From Candidatus Bathyarchaeota archaeon (GTDB taxonomy: Archaea > Thermoproteota > Bathyarchaeia > TCS64): DNA of 64,000 nt. The notes beneath the pieces were generated by a model, which was not told the origin of the DNA, ran no database searches, and saw nothing but the letters and a program-made list of their open reading frames with translations. A program made the position numbers and the translations under genes. The DNA lies in contig JAOZHO010000017.1 in assembly GCA_026014875.1 (NCBI GenBank), forward strand, positions 11,611-75,610, given 5' to 3'. Below are positions 55,694 through 64,000 of the stretch, piece by piece; the stretch's first letter is position 1; the number at the start of each line of letters is the position of its first letter.

Positions 55694-56173
55694 CTACTCC
55701 TCTTCTATGAGGATTGCGTTGAAGACCCCGTGCTGGCCGGGGCGTGAGACTATCCTTGCGAGCCCCCCCTCGATGCGCACGATGGCTCCCTTGGTTATAA
55801 CTCCCCGCCTGTTGTAGTCTATGTTGGCGGGGTTTTCCACGACGGCCTGGATCTCGAGTCTTTCCGTGGTCCCCGTAGAGGGGTCGGAGACGTTGACAAT
55901 GTTGTCAGAGAAAAGCTTCACCTTGGTAAGACTGCTCTTCCCGGACACCACCCTCCTGATGGTATCGCCCAGTTCCGACTCCAGTGGGCCGCTCCCTGAG
56001 TCCCTGCGCCTCTTGGATCTGTATGCTCTCTTCTTTCCGCCCGTCTTTTTCCGCTTTGTGATTCCGCTCTGCCAGGCCAACTCGTTTTCCTCAGTGTAAA
56101 AGGGTTCAGCCCTTTCTTTAGGCTTAGACCGATGAGAGATATAAAAATGTGTGGAATCCCTCTCAGGAACCAT
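55694..56173 (-). CDS. rps8e: 30S ribosomal protein S8e
   Basis: C-terminal VVENPANIDYNRRGVITKGAIVRIEGGLARIVSRPGQHGVFNAILIE matches archaeal S8e. Confidence 0.85.
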   Translation of the reverse strand: MVPERDSTHFYISHRSKPKERAEPFYTEENELAWQSGITKRKKTGGKKRAYRSKRRRDSGSGPLESELGDTIRRVVSGKSSLTKVKLFSDNIVNVSDPSTGTTERLEIQAVVENPANIDYNRRGVITKGAIVRIEGGLARIVSRPGQHGVFNAILIEEE

Positions 56174-56197
56174 TCCCAGGGGAATTCTCCGGTGCCC

Positions 56198-56830
56198 CTA
56201 GGGGAGCTTGTCCATTGACTCGACGAGAGTGCTCCCTGTGAAGGCTAGGTCGAGGGCCTTCTTCCCGGCGCTCTCCCCTTCCCCGTTGTCGAGTCTGTGG
56301 ATCTTTATCTGATTGAATATCCTCCTGAGCTGTATCCTCGTGTTCGAGGGGTCCGTGCCGAAACCGAAATAGTCCGCGAAGAACGGCGTGGTCTCGATCA
56401 CATACGCCCTGTTCTCGTTTCTCTCCCGGGTGATGAGGCCCATGTCCTCCATCCTCTTCAAGTGGGAATAGATGTGGTTCCCCCTATACTCCACGACCTG
56501 AGACTGGAGTACGGGCTGATGGTAGGCGACGTAGGACAGGGTCTTCAGGGGACCCATCGTGAGGAGGGGCCTCGTTGTGAACCTCTTCACCGACTGATCG
56601 TACCTCTGATTGAGCCTCATGACGGCCCGGTTCCCCGGCAGGACCTTTACCTCCAGGGCGCTCCTCCGCGCTTCGTATCGTAGAGAGAGCTCCCGGATCA
56701 GCCGGGCGATCACCTTGTCGGATTTCGTTCTGACTACTACCTTCATGCTCTCCATGTTCACCGGGCGCCCGGCGGCGTAGAGGGCCGCCTCAAGCATCGC
56801 CAGGCGCTTATTGTTCTGTTGGTTGCTCAT
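56198..56830 (-). CDS. scpB: segregation and condensation protein B (ScpB)
   Basis: Tandem winged-helix organisation. Overlaps scpA by 23 nt downstream of smc. Confidence 0.75.
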   Translation of the reverse strand: MSNQQNNKRLAMLEAALYAAGRPVNMESMKVVVRTKSDKVIARLIRELSLRYEARRSALEVKVLPGNRAVMRLNQRYDQSVKRFTTRPLLTMGPLKTLSYVAYHQPVLQSQVVEYRGNHIYSHLKRMEDMGLITRERNENRAYVIETTPFFADYFGFGTDPSNTRIQLRRIFNQIKIHRLDNGEGESAGKKALDLAFTGSTLVESMDKLP

Positions 56831-57482
56831 CTTCGTTCAACTCTCTGACGTTGACCCGTATGTCGGTCTCTTCCTCGTCCTGGTAGAGGTCCACCTTGAG
56901 CCCTTGGGCCAAGAACAGCAGCATCATGAATACCCGGACCACCTCTATGGGGGTCCAGTCCTCGACGAGGTCGTAGATGCTGAAGGGTCCTCCCCCCATC
57001 TCCACTAGGCGCTCATAGAGCCCCTCCGCCCGTTCCTCCACCTCGAGGAGGTACTGCTCCACGTCGAGGAAGTCGGGTATCTGAACCGGGAGCACGGGGA
57101 CCCGGGGGAGGGTTGACCTCCTCTCCTCCGTGAGGGCCTTCTCCAGGGCCGTGATGAGGTCTGTGACACTCGTCGTCGTGAACTCGAACCTGAACGGGAG
57201 ATTCAGGGCGGGCGGAACGTAGATGTCGGGCCTCGCAATCTGCTGCTTCCTGGGCTCCTCCATCTTGAGGAGAAGCTCAGCCTTCTTCTGGTAGATGATC
57301 ACCGAGGAGTTGATGGCCGTCCCCGCGATCCTGAAGTCGATGCCGACCTTGTTCATCTCCTCCAGGAGGGTGGTGAGGATGTACACCAGATCGATGCTCC
57401 AGGGGCTGGTCCTCCCCAGCTTCCTGTCCTTGAAGAGGATCTCCCAGGGCTCCCGGAGGTAGTAAGGCTTCTTCCTAGGCAC
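56808..57482 (-). CDS. scpA: segregation and condensation protein A (ScpA kleisin)
   Basis: 224-aa kleisin-like protein immediately downstream of smc. Confidence 0.75.
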   Translation of the reverse strand: MPRKKPYYLREPWEILFKDRKLGRTSPWSIDLVYILTTLLEEMNKVGIDFRIAGTAINSSVIIYQKKAELLLKMEEPRKQQIARPDIYVPPALNLPFRFEFTTTSVTDLITALEKALTEERRSTLPRVPVLPVQIPDFLDVEQYLLEVEERAEGLYERLVEMGGGPFSIYDLVEDWTPIEVVRVFMMLLFLAQGLKVDLYQDEEETDIRVNVRELNEDEQPTEQ

Positions 57483-57483
57483 C

Positions 57484-60400
57484 TTACAGCGGCACCTCCA
57501 CCTTCATCGGCAGCGACACGACCCGGCTCCGCCCCTGCTGGGCGAAGACCCCGTAGATCTTGTCAGCGTTATGGACCATGATGTCCTTGAGGCTCACCAT
57601 GAGGAACTGAGCGTCCATCGCGTTCTCCTTCAGTACGTCCGCCAGCCTCGCAGTGTTCAGGTCGTCGAGGTGGGCGTCTATCTCGTCGAAGAGGTAGAAC
57701 GGGGCCTTCAGGAATCTCTGGATCGCGAGGAGGTAGGCTATCGCGGCCACCGATCTCTCTCCGCCGCTGGCTCCCGCGGCGAGCCTCATGGGCTTGCCGG
57801 GGAACTGGACGTATAGGTCGACGCCCCCGGAGAATGGGCTCTCGGGGTTCTGGAGTTCTAGGCGTCCGTCGCCTCCACCTGTGAGCTTCTCGAAGAGGAC
57901 CGAGAAGTTCTCGCAGATATCGTTGTAGGCCGCCATGAATTGCTCGGTCTTCTCCCTCTCCACCTCTTCGATGAACCTCAGGATGGAGCCCTTCTCCTCC
58001 TCGAGCTCGTTGATCCTGACGCTGAGCATCTTGTAGTTGTAGGCGTCCTCCTCGTAGGCTTGGATTGCGAGCTGGTTCACCATCCCGAGGCTACGCTTCT
58101 CCCGCCCGATCCTCTGGAGGGTCCTCTCCACATGGGCGAGGTTGACCCCCTCAGTCTGGAGTATATCCTCGAAGCCCAGCCTCGCCAGATCCTCGAAGCG
58201 CTGCTCGCTCTGGAGCCGAAGCTTCTCGAGCTCGACGTCGAAGGACATCGTCCTCCTCTCGACGTTCACCCTCCTCTGGCCGAGCCTCTCAATATTTCGT
58301 TCGATCCCATTGACGACTCTCCTGTGCTGCTCAAGGATCTTGCCCGTCGCCTCCACCTCGGAGGTTATGCCGTTGAGGACCCCCCGGAGCACCTCTATCT
58401 CCGAGCCCCCCTCGGCGAGCCTCGTAGAGGTCTCCTTCATGTTCTCCTCATAGACCTTGATCTCTCCCTTCCAGCCCTCGATCTGGTCCTTGATGTCCGA
58501 GGTCTTCAGGTTGAGGAATCCGTCGATGTGGTTAGTCTGAATCGAGATTTCGGTCTGGATCTGAGACCTCTCTTTCCGGAGTTCGGCGGTCTCCCTGACT
58601 CGAGTATCATAAGACATCTCGAGCTTGACGACCTCGGATGGTTTCCCTAGACCCCTGAGTTGGGAGATCTCCTTCTTCGCCCTCTCGATCTCATGGAGGG
58701 TCCTCGCCTTCCTCTCCTCGAGGACGACGACCAGGCTTAGCTCCCTCGCCTTATCCTCGATGAGCTTGCCGATGTTCCCGTCGATGGTGGCGATGTTCTT
58801 CTTGTACCTCTCGATCGTCTCCACGGTGTCCCGGATCTGCCGGTCGATTCCGTCTATATTCTTGTTGAAATGGTCGATGTAGCCGGTGAACTCCCTGAGG
58901 CTCCCACCCGACTTTTTGAGATCCGTCATCTTCGAGGAGAGGCTCTTCCTCAAGGCCTTGATAGTCGTGGAGAGACTGTTGATGGATTCCTCGCTGGGGA
59001 TGAGCTTGGTGAGATCCGGGGGGCGCCTCCAGTGCCCTCCCAGTATCCCCCCCTTGGGCTCGAAGAGGTCCCCTGCTAGGGTCACGGATCGATATCCCTT
59101 GCTTGCCAGGGAGATCGCCGATTTCCTGTCCTTAACGACATAGGTGTCTCCCCAGACAAGGTAGACGGCGGTGCGGTACTCCTCGTCGAATCTGATGAGC
59201 TCGGGCATATAGCCCTCTACTCCCGATTCATTGATCTCTGGGAGTGGCCCTGGGGCCTTTATGTCTTTCAGGGGTATGAATCGGGTCATCCCGAGCCTGT
59301 TCTTCTTGAGGCTCTCGATGCACCGGAACGCCGTATCCACGTCGGCGACAACCAAAGCGGTGCTCCAGCCGCTGGCGGCCGTGTTCGCCGCCTTCTGATA
59401 TTTGAGGTCGATCTTCACCAAGGACCTGAGCTGTCCATGATACCCCTGCAGGGCTCCCGCCTCCGCCATCTCGAGGATCCGAGCCTGGGCCTTCTCCTCG
59501 GTGACGATGTTCCCCCAGAGGTCCCTCTTCGCTGCGAACTGGGTTATGGTGAGCTCGGCTTCCTTGGCGAGCTTGTTGGCTCCCAAGATGGTGTCCCGAA
59601 TACCCTTCTGTCGCCCCACCTGACCCTCGATGTTCCCGAGCATCTTCTCGAGCTTCTCGGACTCATCGACCTTGAGGGCCTCGTACTCCCCTATCTTCTC
59701 CCCCAACTTCGACGTGGAGGCGAGAGTGTCCCTCTTCTTCCTCTCCAAGTCGTCGACTCTGCCCTGGATGGTGGCGGAGGTGACGTTCTGCTTGTTGATC
59801 TCGATCTCGAGGCCGCTGAGGCTCTCCTGCATCGGTACGAGGTCCTCGGTGAGCTGCTCGATCCTCTTGAGATTATATTCAGCGAGCTCCTTCTGGGTCT
59901 CGATCTCAGCGGCCTGGTTCTTGAGGCTCTCCTCCTTCTTTCCGATTCTGACGTCGATCCGTTTAGACTTCCTCGTCAGCTCCCGGAGGGTCTTCTGCTT
60001 CTCTCTCTTCTCGACCTTTGATCTCCCGATCTCTTCGAGCTTCGCCTCGATGTTCCTCTGGGTAGCGAGCTTTCTGGATTCGAGTTCCCTCAGACGGTTC
60101 TCGAGGCCTCTCCTCACGGTCTGTTTCTCGACGAGCTCCGACTTCAGGATCGGTAGTCTAGTGTTGCCCTTCTCGGAGGCCTCGTTGGTGAACTCCTCGA
60201 GGCGCTCCCTCGCCTCCTCCCGCTCCGCGAGGAGCTTCTCCCTCTCCTCGACGATCCGCTCGATCTCTGCGCCGCTCTCCGCGATCTTTTTCTTCGTCTC
60301 CCCGATGTTTGATTCGATCCTGTTGATCTGCTCTGAGAGCCGGTAGGCCTCGAGGCGCTTCTCCTCCCGCTCCAAGAGGCGGGACCGGATCGCATCGTTC

Positions 60401-61032
60401 CTCTCACGCTCGAGCCCCATCACTCTGCGACGGACCTCATCCCCCTTCGCCGAGGCGACCTCGATCTTCCGCTCAGCATCATTGAGTCTGACCTGGGCCT
60501 CAGCCTTCTTCTCGTCGTACTCGGTGATCCCGACGAGATCCTCGAGGGCGTTCATCCTCTCCGGAGGTGTCAAGTCGCTGAGGCGGGTGGCGAATCCCTG
60601 GAGGACCATGTTGTAACCCCCGGGGCTGATCCCTGCCATCATGAGGAGCTCGAGGAGGGCCCGCCTCGACGTCTGCTTCCCGTTGAGGAAGTACTTGCTC
60701 TTGCCATCCCGGTCCACTCTCCTCCCGACGCTCACAGTCTTCCGGTCGACAGGGAGAGCCCTGTCGGTGTTGTTGAAATATATGGTGACCTGGGCGTAAT
60801 GGGGCTTCGCCCCGTCATCCCCCGCTCCGTCAAAAATCAAGCCCGACAGGTCGGGAACCCTCATGCGCTTGGATCCCAGCTCCCCGACGACGAACTGGAT
60901 AGCATCGATGATGTTGCTCTTCCCGCTGCCGTTGGGCCCAGTAATGACATTGAATCCCTGCTGGAAGCTGAGCTTCAAGCTTCCGCTGAAGGACTTGAAG
61001 TTCCGGAACATAATCCTGCTGATATACACCAT
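57484..61032 (-). CDS. smc: chromosome segregation protein SMC
   Basis: 1182 aa with N-terminal FKSF + Walker A GPNGSGKSN, long coiled coils, hinge, and C-terminal signature LSGGE... + Walker B DEIDAHLD. Confidence 0.95.
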   Translation of the reverse strand: MVYISRIMFRNFKSFSGSLKLSFQQGFNVITGPNGSGKSNIIDAIQFVVGELGSKRMRVPDLSGLIFDGAGDDGAKPHYAQVTIYFNNTDRALPVDRKTVSVGRRVDRDGKSKYFLNGKQTSRRALLELLMMAGISPGGYNMVLQGFATRLSDLTPPERMNALEDLVGITEYDEKKAEAQVRLNDAERKIEVASAKGDEVRRRVMGLERERNDAIRSRLLEREEKRLEAYRLSEQINRIESNIGETKKKIAESGAEIERIVEEREKLLAEREEARERLEEFTNEASEKGNTRLPILKSELVEKQTVRRGLENRLRELESRKLATQRNIEAKLEEIGRSKVEKREKQKTLRELTRKSKRIDVRIGKKEESLKNQAAEIETQKELAEYNLKRIEQLTEDLVPMQESLSGLEIEINKQNVTSATIQGRVDDLERKKRDTLASTSKLGEKIGEYEALKVDESEKLEKMLGNIEGQVGRQKGIRDTILGANKLAKEAELTITQFAAKRDLWGNIVTEEKAQARILEMAEAGALQGYHGQLRSLVKIDLKYQKAANTAASGWSTALVVADVDTAFRCIESLKKNRLGMTRFIPLKDIKAPGPLPEINESGVEGYMPELIRFDEEYRTAVYLVWGDTYVVKDRKSAISLASKGYRSVTLAGDLFEPKGGILGGHWRRPPDLTKLIPSEESINSLSTTIKALRKSLSSKMTDLKKSGGSLREFTGYIDHFNKNIDGIDRQIRDTVETIERYKKNIATIDGNIGKLIEDKARELSLVVVLEERKARTLHEIERAKKEISQLRGLGKPSEVVKLEMSYDTRVRETAELRKERSQIQTEISIQTNHIDGFLNLKTSDIKDQIEGWKGEIKVYEENMKETSTRLAEGGSEIEVLRGVLNGITSEVEATGKILEQHRRVVNGIERNIERLGQRRVNVERRTMSFDVELEKLRLQSEQRFEDLARLGFEDILQTEGVNLAHVERTLQRIGREKRSLGMVNQLAIQAYEEDAYNYKMLSVRINELEEEKGSILRFIEEVEREKTEQFMAAYNDICENFSVLFEKLTGGGDGRLELQNPESPFSGGVDLYVQFPGKPMRLAAGASGGERSVAAIAYLLAIQRFLKAPFYLFDEIDAHLDDLNTARLADVLKENAMDAQFLMVSLKDIMVHNADKIYGVFAQQGRSRVVSLPMKVEVPL

Positions 61033-61306
61033 TTTTACTCCTCATCCTCCGGTATTTTCCATTCTACCCTTATTCCTATTTCGGATTAAATCCAATGGGG
61101 ACGTCCGTTTGTAGATTTCAATATTCCTTTAAACAATTCAAAACTGACGTTCGCGAAATGGTGGATCTTATACGGTATTATCGAGTATTATGATGGGATT
61201 ATGGAATTACACCACTTCGAAGTCCTTTCCGAAGCCTCGGGGAGCGTAAAACCGGCGTGAACGCCCACATTAAATACAGTTGTAGACAAACTTTGAGCGG
61301 ATCCTG

Positions 61307-62371
61307 ATGAGAACAGAGAGATTATCGAAATCCTTGGAGGATGCGGGGCTCGACGCATACATCGTCACGCGAGAACCCAACATCTTCTACTACACCGGCT
61401 CCATCAGCGGCGGAGTCCTCATCATCGCCCCGGATACCAGCCCCCTACTTTTCACATCTCGCCTCAACCTGTACATAGCCCAAGACAACGCCCAGGGCTG
61501 CAACGTGGAACCGTACACGAAAAAGGACAAAGACGAAAAGATCTTAGAGCGGCTGAACCAGATAGCTCCCGAGAAGATCGGCTTCGATGAGCTCTCCCTT
61601 GGGGAATACAAAGCGCTCGAAGACAAGCTTGGTGATGTGAAACTAAAAGATAACCCGGATCTCGTCTGGGCGATGAGAAGGGTGAAGGACGCCTCGGAGC
61701 AAAAGTTCATGAAGCGGGCTGGAGAACTCTCTGACATCGGGATGGAGGCGATCAGAGAGTTCCTCGCCGAGGGGGTGAGAGAGCACGAGGTCGCCGCAGC
61801 AGCGGCCAACGCGATGAGAAGGGAAGGGGCGGGCGACATCTCGTTTCCATTCATCGTCGCCTCAGGGCCCCGCTCGGCCTACCCCCACGCTGGTGTCTCC
61901 GAGAGGAAGATCCGGAGAGGCGATTTCGTCACCATTGACATGGGCGCCACATACAGGAGGTATTGTTCCGATATAACCCGGACATTCATCGTCGGCTCCC
62001 CCTCCGAGAAGCAGAGGACGATCTACGAGACGGTCCTCGAGGCAAAGGAGGCGGCCCTCCCGGAGATCAGGGAGAGCGCCAAAGGGATCGATGTCGACCG
62101 AATCGCCAGAGACATAATCACGAAGGCTGGATATGGGGAGGACTTTATTCACGGCCTCGGCCACGGGGTGGGCCTCGAGGTCCATGAGCCCCCTTCCCTT
62201 AGCAAGAGGAGCGGGGACACTCTGGCTGTAGGGAACGTTGTCTCCAACGAGCCCGGAATCTACATCAAAGGATTCGGTGGCGTGAGGATCGAGGACACAG
62301 TCCTGGTGACCTCTTCAGGTCCCGAGAGACTCACAAATTTCGATACTGGCTTGGACGCGATGCGCGTCTGA
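61307..62371 (+). CDS. M24 family Xaa-Pro aminopeptidase/prolidase
   Basis: Pita-bread metal ligands (DFVTIDMGA, HGLGHGVGLEVHE, NEPG, IED). Confidence 0.85.
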   Translation: MRTERLSKSLEDAGLDAYIVTREPNIFYYTGSISGGVLIIAPDTSPLLFTSRLNLYIAQDNAQGCNVEPYTKKDKDEKILERLNQIAPEKIGFDELSLGEYKALEDKLGDVKLKDNPDLVWAMRRVKDASEQKFMKRAGELSDIGMEAIREFLAEGVREHEVAAAAANAMRREGAGDISFPFIVASGPRSAYPHAGVSERKIRRGDFVTIDMGATYRRYCSDITRTFIVGSPSEKQRTIYETVLEAKEAALPEIRESAKGIDVDRIARDIITKAGYGEDFIHGLGHGVGLEVHEPPSLSKRSGDTLAVGNVVSNEPGIYIKGFGGVRIEDTVLVTSSGPERLTNFDTGLDAMRV

Positions 62372-62375
62372 TCAT

Positions 62376-63158
62376 CTATTTCCCGTATCTCCTGTGCCTG
62401 TTCTGGTAGCTCCTGATGGCCCTGGCGAGGTCGATCTCCCTGAATTCGGGCCAGTAGACGTCGACGATGAAGAGCTCGCTGTAGGCTGTCTGCCAGATCA
62501 TAAAGTTGCTGAGGCGGGCCTCCCCCGAGGTCCTGATGATGAGGTCGGGATCGGGCTGGGGGAGATGGGCGGTGTAGAGGTGCTTCTCGATGAGGGCCTC
62601 GTCGATGCTCTCCGGGTCGATCTCCCCCTTCCTCACGAGGGCCGCTATCTCCCTCGTCGCGTCGACTATCTCGGCCCTCCCTCCATAAGCGAGGGCGAAG
62701 TTGATGTAGAACTGGTCATAGTCTTTGGTGACGTGCTCCACCTCATCGATGATTGATCTGATCCTCTCGGGGAGGAGGTTGATCCTGCCGATGGCCCGGA
62801 TGTTCACCTTATTATCGTGGATGGCATCAGAGTAGACGAGCTCCTTGAGGTTCTCCTCGTAGATCTTCATGAGTTCGTCCACCTCCTCCTTGGACCGTTT
62901 GAAGTTCTCGGTGGAGAAGGCGTAGAGGGTGAGGGTGTTGATGCCGAGGTCGAAGCACCATTCCATGAACTCCCGTACTTTATCTGCCCCTTCATGGTGG
63001 CCCTGCCAAGGGATGAGCGATCTCTTCGATGCCCACCGCCTGTTTCCGTCCAGGATGATGCCGATGTGCTCGGGTATCCTCTCTTTCTCAATCTGGCTGA
63101 GCAGCCATTGGCGGTATATCTTGTAGACGCCGATGGCGGAGAGGAAGCCTTGGAGCAT
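62376..63158 (-). CDS. uppS: cis-prenyltransferase (undecaprenyl-diphosphate synthase family)
   Basis: HIGIILDGNRRWA and downstream ERIRSIIDEVE...RTSGE.RLSNF motifs. Confidence 0.9.
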   Translation of the reverse strand: MLQGFLSAIGVYKIYRQWLLSQIEKERIPEHIGIILDGNRRWASKRSLIPWQGHHEGADKVREFMEWCFDLGINTLTLYAFSTENFKRSKEEVDELMKIYEENLKELVYSDAIHDNKVNIRAIGRINLLPERIRSIIDEVEHVTKDYDQFYINFALAYGGRAEIVDATREIAALVRKGEIDPESIDEALIEKHLYTAHLPQPDPDLIIRTSGEARLSNFMIWQTAYSELFIVDVYWPEFREIDLARAIRSYQNRHRRYGK

Positions 63159-63219
63159 CGATTATCCATCCATCATCATTTGCCCGCCTGATAAAGCCAT
63201 GCTGTATTTCCCTCACGTG

Positions 63220-63993
63220 TCACTGAAATGGGATCTTCCTGTCCGACCCGTAGATGATGAAGACCGAAGTTATGGTCGTCACGACCCCTGCGAGAGCGTA
63301 GAAGACGAGGGGCGAGAAGAGGGACACTGTCTTGTCGGGCTCGAGGAGGACCTTCGCCGACTCGAGGGCGATGAACCTGATCCAGAAGGTCACAATGATC
63401 CCGACAACGTTCTGCCAGATCTTCGGGTCCTTCCTGATGTAATGGGCGGCGACGCTCCCGATGAGGGAGACCATGCCCCCGAGGATGATGAGGTCGATCG
63501 CGGCGAGCATGAAATGGCCTACGAGGTTGGGGGACTGCTGGACCCACCATGCAAAGTCCTCCCACCAGAGAGGGGGGGGGTTGGGGAGGTATTTCCACGC
63601 GTTGCTGATCCCCCTTATGGCTCCCACGAGGAACAGGATGAAACCGAAGCTCGCGGAGGCTGCGGTGAGCTGGCGGTCGGGGGAGGGGAGGCGGAGCCTC
63701 ACGATGTTGAGCTTGTCCTCCCAGCCGAAGCCCTTGATGAGGAGCACGAGGCCCATCACGAATGTGAGTATCATGCCGGCGTTCTGGAGTTGGTTGAAGA
63801 CTTGGAGGATCCCGACAATGATGAGCATCACCCCGGGCACCCCGAGGCTCACCCTCGAGTAGTAGGGGTCTTCCACCAGCTGCTTCAGGTAGCGGAATAT
63901 CACCGCCCAGGTTTCCTCGAGGCGCTCGCTGTGCTTCACCACGACGTGCTGGATCGAGTTTATCGGGACCCTGGACTGGATCAGAGGGATCAC
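63220..63993 (-). CDS. DUF373-family membrane protein (conserved uppS neighbour in archaea)
   Basis: Polytopic membrane ORF immediately upstream of uppS on the same strand. The start is close to the window edge. Confidence 0.55.
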   Translation of the reverse strand: MIPLIQSRVPINSIQHVVVKHSERLEETWAVIFRYLKQLVEDPYYSRVSLGVPGVMLIIVGILQVFNQLQNAGMILTFVMGLVLLIKGFGWEDKLNIVRLRLPSPDRQLTAASASFGFILFLVGAIRGISNAWKYLPNPPPLWWEDFAWWVQQSPNLVGHFMLAAIDLIILGGMVSLIGSVAAHYIRKDPKIWQNVVGIIVTFWIRFIALESAKVLLEPDKTVSLFSPLVFYALAGVVTTITSVFIIYGSDRKIPFQ

Positions 63994-64000
63994 AGCCTCA

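Noticed and set aside
56198-61032. Possibility that SMC plus the Toprim (Top6A-like) protein form a Wadjet/JetABCD-type defence system
   Set aside because: The SMC is a full-length canonical condensin SMC with adjacent ScpA and ScpB (kleisin/kite), 16 kb away from the Top6A-like gene. There are no JetA/JetB-like genes next to the Toprim protein.
1-64000. CRISPR arrays, rRNA genes, IS/transposase genes
   Set aside because: No short regularly spaced repeats, rRNA-like segments or transposase/integrase ORFs were seen by eye. The only repeats found are those reported.

Overview
This is a GC-rich (about 60%) chromosomal window from an archaeon. Archaeal hallmark genes are present: TATA-binding protein (TBP), ribosomal proteins S8e and S25e, Gar1, SRP19, archaeal-type myo-inositol-1-phosphate synthase, a Topo VI-A/Spo11-like protein, SMC-ScpA-ScpB condensin, and UppS with its DUF373 membrane-protein partner. 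The left edge (1 to about 3850) is compositionally foreign. The first 1.1 kb is AT-rich. Four direct copies of a tRNA 3'-end (anticodon arm to CCA) punctuate this region, each followed by a small cassette. In order, the cassettes are a PD-(D/E)XK-nuclease-like ORF, an AT-rich ORF, a SAM methyltransferase, and two successive VapBC-like AbrB/PIN pairs. I read this as stacked remnants of serial tyrosine-integrase integrations into a tRNA gene that lies just upstream of the window. The central 13-37 kb is a striking amide/peptide-hydrolase island: M20D amidohydrolase, AstE/AspA-type desuccinylase, three tandem creatininase-family paralogs, M42, gamma-glutamyltranspeptidase (GGT), two M19 dipeptidases, M81 (MlrC-like), RimK-type ATP-grasp ligase, MBL hydrolase, nitroreductase, rubrerythrin and a reductive-dehalogenase/QueG-like corrinoid Fe-S protein. 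Further points of interest are listed under findings. A roughly 509-bp tandem duplication carries two copies of a tiny CxxC...CxxC zinc-ribbon gene, and their divergence looks like purifying selection. A zinc-ribbon/DUF4097-like gene is interrupted by one in-frame TAG. A stand-alone 295-aa Top6A/Spo11 core homolog keeps correctly spaced catalytic R-Y...E...DxD residues but has no Top6B partner and sits behind a roughly 490-bp non-coding region. Two 89-bp direct repeats (about 82% identical) sit at equivalent positions upstream of two adjacent minus-strand genes. A TTACC-N4-GGTAA double-palindrome operator overlaps the promoter of a wHTH-regulator/Hsp20 operon. hypA is paired with a MinD/Mrp-type HypB analog. 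There is one tRNA-Ser(CGA). No CRISPR array, rRNA or recognisable transposase/integrase was seen.
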